From Fimicolochytrium jonesii (Eukaryota): a stretch of DNA of 64,000 nucleotides. The position numbers and the translations under genes are program-made. The notes below the pieces were generated by a model. The model was not told the origin of the DNA, did no database searches, and saw only the letters and a list, made by a program, of their open reading frames with translations. Positions 56,952 through 64,000 of the stretch are shown one piece after another. The DNA is taken from the NCBI RefSeq assembly GCF_025526975.1, contig NW_026515704.1, forward strand, positions 1 to 64,000. The letters are read 5' to 3'. Position 1 is the first letter of the stretch, and every line of letters starts with the position of its first letter.

Positions 56952-57604
56952 CAGTCTGTTGCCATAAAGCAGGTCGCGCCTGGCCGTGCGCAGTCGGCCC
57001 CTCGGGTGCTTCGGACACACTGGACAGCCCTTCACAGTGCCGCAATTGCGAGATCATCTTCCCCATTCCCACACCGACAATGCCGAAACCCCTCACCCCC
57101 CAAAAGAGGGCAGCCATTGTTGCGTTGAGCAACGCTGGCAAGACACCCAGAGAGATTGCAGAGCAAGAGTCTGTCCCTGCAGAACCGTTCAGAGAACCCT
57201 GAGGAGGTTCCAGAATGCAAATTGCGACAACCCCAACGCATTCAAGTCAACAAAACCCAGGAGCAGACCAGTTAAGTATCAACCCTCAGCAGACGAGCTT
57301 GCTGAACTTCGCAACGCTGAACTGGATTGTGCAGAATGTCTGGCAGACAATGGATGTTCATTTAGAGAGACTTATTGGTTGAATGCCTGGACGCATGGCC
57401 GCTGTCATTGCCGCAAACGGGGGACTTACAAAATATTAGGAACCCAGATCTAGTTTAGATTAGAGGTCCCAATACCGTGATTAGGAACCCAGATCGAGTT
57501 TTAGATTAGGGGTCCTAATACCGTGATTAGGGAGTCGGGACCATGATCAGCCGCGAGGACAGTGACTTAATTTCAGGCGCGACCTGCTTTATGGCAACAG
57601 ACTG
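56952..57604 (+). mobile_element. Non-autonomous Tc1/mariner DNA transposon (internally deleted)
   Basis: Perfect 31 bp TIRs CAGTCTGTTGCCATAAAGCAGGTCGCGCCTG at 56952-56982 and 57574-57604, with TA on both sides. Frameshifted HTH remnant MPKPLTPQKRAAIVAL..PREIAE../RTVQRTLRRF from 57080. Confidence 0.92.
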
Positions 57605-58923
57605 TACAGTTGAATTGAACATAGAGCTGGCATGTGGAAGCATGTCGTAATTTGCCTCGGTCGAGCATGGAGTTGACGGGCCACCGAGTCGGTTAGCCTG
57701 CTTTGCCTGCGGGTGGAAGTGATGGTTGGCATGTAATTGAATGGCCGGGAGTTCATCATCTGCGTCAGAAACATGTATTCGTGAATGATCTTCGAATTAT
57801 CGACTGAATACTGTCTCGGTTGCCGGGTCTTTACCCGGGCATGCCCCTCAGCATTGTACAGTATTCTTACTTATTGGGGCTCTGCATCGTGCCGGGCCTG
57901 ACAAAAGCCCGGAGCACTGGGTTAGAAGTCCTTGGGCGGAGTCCTGGGCGGAGTCGGACCCCTGGTAAACGTGCTAGGCACTCTTAGGTAAGCAGCGACG
58001 CGCTAACTCCGCTCACTTCGACAGTTACTTTGAAGATAAAGAAATTGACAGGAAGTCTATCCCCCGAATCGCACAGTGACTCTCGCACTGTCGAGGACCA
58101 CAAAAGACGCAACGAACATCATCGTATACATCTCCTTCGAAAACCCTCATCTACCGTGGGATGTTAGAAGCGCTCCAAATTGCGGCTGTGCACGGCCGTG
58201 ATCCTTGATTCTGGCACGACCGGCAGCGCTGTCAACTGATAGACCACGCCCTAGCTCCCCCTGACTTTCTTCTGGAAAAAAGCAAAGAGACGTCCCTTTC
58301 GCGCCGCACATGCGCTTTCGAAAGAGATGAGCTTCTAGGGAGTAGGGATGGAGTTTTCTTCGGCTGAGTTCATGTGTGCGGGCTCAATGGAAGCAACCAG
58401 AAAGAAAAGGGAGTGTGCCCCTGACTGCGACTCCGTGTGGAATTCGAGAACATCTGCAAATGCTCGTTTGTTTTGCCGGCGCTTGAGGTCGGATAATGGG
58501 TGATAGTCCTAGCACGCAACAGTATTTGCAATCTTTCCCGGAGCGGAGTTTGGATATGGTTTGACACTACCGGGCCCTGCGCGAGCCCACAGATTTGACA
58601 GCGAGCTCCAGCGACCCCAGGCTTGAAGTCCGCATAAAAGACCTGTGCGGATATTCGGGCTATCCTCCTCTTTTCCTGATTCTTTCTTTTGCTTGGTTGT
58701 CCCTGCCCTGGTTTTCAGCGACTCTTGCAGATCCGTCGTTCTCGCAAAACGAAGCCCGACACTCTTCGATTCCACGCGTCCTCTTCTGCGTGAGACGAGT
58801 CCGGCATCAGCGAGTGATTCGTCGGAGGAGACACGAAATTATAAAGTGGGCGACATACTCAGACGCAGAAACGAAAACGGAACCGCGAGAGGTAGCAAAC
58901 AGTGCCCAAGGATATTTTTCGCG

Positions 58924-61900
58924 ATGCAATTGTTGTACCCCAGCGCCGTGGCCAAGTCGGCATGGTGCTTTGCCGCGCTGGCTTTGGCCGGCTTGGCATC
59001 GGCACAGACGTCGCCTAACAGCTTGGGCCTTACCGGACCTAGCTCTAGGTGAGTCTCTCCACCTGAGCAGCGATGGAGATTACTGCAGGAGAAATGCAAC
59101 CGCCAATCCTCTAGTTGCTGATTGGTTCCGTTTCTGTTACCTTCTCATGTGCACAGTTCTACTTGCGACTACATTCTTCTGCAACCAAACAATCTTCCGG
59201 CCAATGTCCCGGCCAATGTTCGATACATGTATGTCTTCCCTTCCCATATCATCTCACCGGGGATGTTTGTCTTCAGCCCACATTTTGTAACTAATGACAT
59301 TATTTTCTAGATGGACGGTAGACCCTGCATCGCAGGTCCAGCTCACCCCTGAGGGTGTTGCCAACCTGACTGCTGGTCTTTACGGTAACGCTTTTGTGAG
59401 GATTCCACCGAATGGTATGCTATGAATTGTCATTTATGTCCGCGCTTTCGTCGAAAATTCGTTCGTCCTCTGTATGACTTTCTATCCACACCACATTGTT
59501 AATCTCCACGCTTTCGCCTGTTTGGTTTCACTACTAGCCCGGAGCGCGGAGAAAAACAACGGAACACTTCTCGTCGACCTTACGATCCAGTACAATGTGA
59601 CGAGCAAGGCTCCCGTCCAATCGTCCACTTCCAAGGTGGCATCTTCCACTTCTACCTCCGTTTCCGCTATTTCAACTCCTTGGTCAACCATCACAGACAT
59701 CAGTGCGACCACCACTGGAACACCGGCCTCCGCCACGATATCGACCGCGCCCACGACTTCAGGCAATTCCGCTACTGCTAGTGCCACTTCGGCCTCCACC
59801 TCTTCGACCAGTTCCGGCGCTGTTGCGAGCGGGAGCACCAGCTCGACATCCGCGGGTGCCAGTGCCACGGGCGCTACTAGTGCGACGTCGACGACCAGTG
59901 CTCCTACCTCCTCTGCGACAATCAGCAATTCTGTTTCGAGTACCAGTACTGCAGTGACGCCCTCTGCGACCAGCGCGGCCACGACCAGCTCCGCTGCCAC
60001 GAGCGCGACTACTGCGACTTCTACGCCCAGTGCTGTTACCTCTTCTACAACCGCCACGATTTCGGCTGCGAGTACCAGCACTGCAGTGACGCCCTCTGCA
60101 ACCAGCGCGGCCACGACCAGCTCCGCTGCCACGAGCGCGACTACTGCGACTTCTACGCCCAGTGCTGTTACCTCTTCTACAACCGCCACGATTTCGGCTG
60201 CGAGTACCAGCACTGCAGTGACGCCCTCTGCGACCAGCGCGGCCACGACCAGCTCCGCTGCCACGAGCGCGACTACTGCGACTTCTACGCCCAGTGCTGT
60301 TACCTCTTCTACAACCGCCACGATTTCGGCTGCGAGTACCAGCACTGCAGTGACGTCCTCTGCGACTACACCCTCCTCGAGCAGCACAAACACCGGCAGC
60401 GCCAGTGTCACTACTACCAGTCCCGCTGTCACGAGCAACACCGCTTCAGTTACATCCTCGTTGAGCAGCACGGACACAGTGAGCAGCAGTGCCACCGCTA
60501 CTAGCTCCGCTGCGACGAGCAGCAGCGCGGAGGCCACGACGTCCTCTAGCAGCGCGGACACCAGCAGCAGCAGCAGTGCTGCTCCTACGAGCTCTTCTGA
60601 TACGAGCACGAGCGCGGCGGCCACAACGTCCTCGAGCAGCACCAATAATGATAGCAGCAGCAGCAGCGCCACTGACGTGTCGACTTCATCTTTGGCGACG
60701 TCCAACACCGATGTGACGACAAGCTCGAGCTCCAGCGCCGAGGCGACCACCACCTCGGGCACCGAGGCTTCGTCAAGCACTGAAGCGGGGACCTCCTCGA
60801 GTACCGATGTGTCGTCGAGCACCGATTCTAACATTGCAACGACGACGAGCACAGACACTTCGACAACTGAAGCCAGCAGCACTGATAGTTCCACCGATAG
60901 TTCCACGGTCAGCTCCACCGCCGATGAACCCACCACCACGAGCACGGACAGTTCCACTACTGAGGCGTCCACAAGCTCGACCGAGGAGCCGTCCACAAGC
61001 TCAACCGAGGAGCCGTCCACAAGCTCGACTGAAGAACCGTCAACTAGCTCGACCGAGGAGCCTACCACAACCTCGACTGAGGAGTCGTCCACAAGTTCGA
61101 CCGAGGAGCCATCCACAAGCTCGTCTGAGGAACCATCAACCAGCTCGACCGAGGAGCCTACCACAACCTCGACTGAGGAGTCGTCCACAAGTTCGACCGA
61201 GGAGCCGTCTACCTCGACTGAGGAGTCGTCTACCTCGACCGAAGAGCCTACCACTACCTCGACTGAGGAGTCGTCCACAAGTTCGACCGACGAGCCGTCC
61301 ACAAGCTCGTCTGAGGAACCAACCAGCTCGACGGAAGAGCCTACCACTACATCGACTGAGGAGTCGTCTACCTCGACTGAGGAGTCGTCTACAAGCTCGA
61401 CCGAGGAGACAAGTTCGACTGAGGAACCGTCAACTACCTCGACCGAAGAAACAACTACAAGCTCAGCTACCGAAGAGCCAAGTCCTGTGTCGCCCGCACC
61501 TTTCCGTCGGCGGGGGCGTCTGGGACTCTGGGAGACGAACAAGGTGGGCCGCCTCAGCAAGCGCCAGGACACCATCACGAGCTACAATGCGTCCACATCC
61601 ATCAGCGTCTCTGTGGTCTCTACTGCTCAGCCATCCATCTCCATCGGCGCCACCGTCGCATATACGGGTGCCGGTACCGCCCTTACCCTCATCGCTAAAG
61701 GCGCCTTCACGTCCTGCACGGATAACAGCAGCAATACTCTGACGTACCGGTGGACCACGAGTGTACCAGGAGGTTTCCCGTCGGGGAGCGTCACCAACAC
61801 CGCCCAGCTGTACGTGCCTAGCGGTATCACCTTGACAAGCAACCAGACCGTCACTGCCACCGTGACGACCAGCGGAGGATTGACTGCGAGTACTACGATC

Positions 61901-64000
61901 CCATTGCTACCTATTGCCCCTCGTCTTCGTGTTGTCGTATCTCCCAGCGGCGATGCCACCATCGGTGCAACCCAACCTTTGCTGCTTGACGCCTCTTCCA
62001 GCTCCGATGCGGCTTACCCCGGCGCTCGCCTAAGCTTCTTGTGGACTTGCACCGCGACCATCGGCGATTGTCCTACTGACATTACGCAGTCGACTGCTGA
62101 CCACATCTACGTCAATCCGGGCACATTCAAGGCCGGCTCGACTTACAATATTACCGTCACTGTCTCCGAGACAAACCCGTCTGCCTCGGTCAGCAAGAGC
62201 ACGGTTATTACGGTCAGCGACGAGGCAAAGTTTGGATGCTGGTTGTTTTACGACGCTACCAATACTCCTCGTAACGCCATAACCAGGAACTCCGTCGTCG
62301 GCTTCTTCGTCAACTGCTTCGGAGTTGAGGCCGCTGAGAAGGCTTCCGCAACCTACACCTGGACCATCGACGACCCCGATGTTAACCTCCAGGCGGCTGG
62401 CGTGTTCGCCGCCGGTGGCCAGAACCAGCCCTACATCTACCTCAACCCCGGCATCTTGAGCAGCGGTGGAGACTACAACTTCACCGTGACGGCAACGACC
62501 AACACAGGCAAAACGGCTTCGGACAGCGACCAGATCTCTGTTTTGGGTGCTCCGTCCGGTGGACGCACGAACTGCAACCCGAGTTCTGGAACCGCCTTCG
62601 TGGACGAGTTCAGTATCTCCGCTCCCGGATGGGTGTCCAGCGCTGGTGATGACTCATCCCTCACCTACCTTTTCGTTATCGTCGATGCTGCTGGTTCCGA
62701 GTATCCCTTGGGCACTAGTTCGTCGGTCAGCACCATCCTTACCTCTATCCCGGCTATTGGAGACAACCTCATCGTTCGCGTGTACGTCACAGACGAGTTC
62801 GGCTCACAGACCATTAGCAACTTGCCTGGCATCACCGCCGGCCAGATCAGCGACGTCCAGATCGACAATGCCGTGGCCAGTCAGGCTCTCGCTGTCACGG
62901 CCGCTTTGGCGAGCGGTGATATCTCGGCGCTTTTGGCTGCAAGTTTCGCGAGCGCTGCTTTGGTTGGTCAGTCCAACGCGGCTGGTTACGCCGACGATGC
63001 CGCGGAAAAGCGAGCGGCAGAAAGGCAGACGGTGGTTGTCGACGCTATGGTTAGTTTCGCTGCGAGCGCCAAGACCGCCGACGCTTGTACTCAAGGTGCC
63101 AAAGCCTTGTTGAGGAACGACATCTCTATTATGTCAACGTAAGTACTTTCACAGTTCACAGTTCTAGTTTCTTCTTCGTCTTGTAAGAGACTTCATACTC
63201 ACCCCACCCCTACGCTCTTATTATTCTATAGTACAGCGCAAGCGAGCGCTCTCGGGGCTTTGGGTACCTTCGCTGCCAACTTGTTGGCCGACACATCTCC
63301 GACCGCTAAGCCGTTGGACCGCGGCGTCGTTGGTTCGACCTGCAACACCCTCGGCAACATCTTCCCTAGGTTTTCCTCCAGCCGCAACACCCTCCGCAGA
63401 CGTGCGGACACCCCCAGCTCCGGCGCGATCACCTACCCACCCAAATTCGGCGCAACGGCTCTCCCCGACGACACCGTACAAACCTCAGCCCTGGCCGCGG
63501 TCCACCAAAGCGGCGCGGCAATGGTTAAAGGCCAAAGCTGTGACACCGCCAGCGTCCCTATCACCGTCTCGGGCGCGACCTCGCTCGCCTCCAATGTGGT
63601 CCCGCTGTTCCTCAACGGCAGCGCCACGGCCATCGGGTACAAGAACGCCCGCGTGATTCACCCGCTCATCGGTCCAGAGGTATCCAACAACGATCAGTCC
63701 AAAATCGACGAGCAGCCCGCGGCATCCCGCTCGTCCTTCCGAGGGTGCATCTCGTCCACCTCCGTCGTTATCCCCTCCCTGCACGGTGCGGTCGCGTCGC
63801 AGAACTACAGCAGTCAGGTTCTTTCCGTTTCCTACGCGCGTCCATCCGAGATCATCTACAACGGCCTGGGCGGCGTCAACATCGACATCTGGATCCCCGA
63901 AGAAACGTCCGCGTACACGTCCCAGACAACCAAACCCGAATGTCGCGTGTGGAATGGAAGTGCGTTCAGTGCGGCGGGATGCAAGACGCTCGAGAGCACG
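58924..64000 (+). CDS. Large multi-exon surface protein: signal peptide, S/T mucin stalk, REJ/PKD-like module, GPS motif (polycystin-1-like); runs off the window
   Basis: Signal MQLLYP..FAALALAGLASA; LLLDASSSSD, FLWTC, PSGG..CNPSSGTAF..F.ISAPGW..LTYLF (REJ-like); terminal ECRVWNGSAFSAAGC (GPS start). Small 5' exon boundaries are approximate. Confidence 0.8.
59939..60360 (+). repeat. Three near-identical 132 bp coding repeats (44 aa, S/T/A-rich)
   Basis: STSTAVTPSATSAATTSSAATSATTATSTPSAVTSSTTATISAA x3. Confidence 0.95.
60955..61480 (+). repeat. 21-24 bp coding minisatellite (STEEPSTS)n
   Basis: Recurring TCGACxGAGGAG units. Confidence 0.92.

Noticed and set aside
59482..61578. 698 aa minus-strand V/E/L-rich ORF
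   Set aside because: Antisense of the S/T-rich mucin repeats.

Overview
Eukaryotic window, most likely from an early-diverging (zoosporic/chytrid-like) fungus; the lineage is inferred from TTAGGG telomere repeats, ~60-80 nt GT-AG introns and YRA1, SUR2 and REJ/GPS host genes. It has four zones. (1) 1-1897: subtelomere-like DNA with two ~330-350 bp related units, each ending in a (TAACCC)n tract. (2) ~1894-23580: an endogenous Polinton-like virus (PLV). It encodes a giant fibre with adenovirus-shaft-like repeats, double-jelly-roll-type major capsid, penton, A32 packaging ATPase, rve integrase with chromodomain, F-box protein, a Prim-Pol/D5 primase-helicase bracketed by ~222 bp inverted repeats, and a tyrosine recombinase, then tandem repeats and a perfect 46 bp palindrome. 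Its left end is cut off by the telomere tract, which supplies the fibre stop codon. No protein-primed PolB or adenain protease is visible. (3) ~23645-49883: nested Ty3/gypsy chromoviruses. Two family-A copies with 5 bp TSDs sit inside family-B copy B1, followed by an inverted truncated copy B2 and relic LTRs. B1 carries, antisense between pol and its 3' LTR, a four-exon spliced gene for a 189 aa tandem RING-like protein, and has a 28 nt telomeric insertion in its integrase. (4) ~50200-64000: host genes (unknown protein, YRA1/ALYREF, SUR2, a mucin-REJ-GPS polycystin-like protein) and a non-autonomous Tc1/mariner element. All family calls come from motif reading by eye, not database searches.
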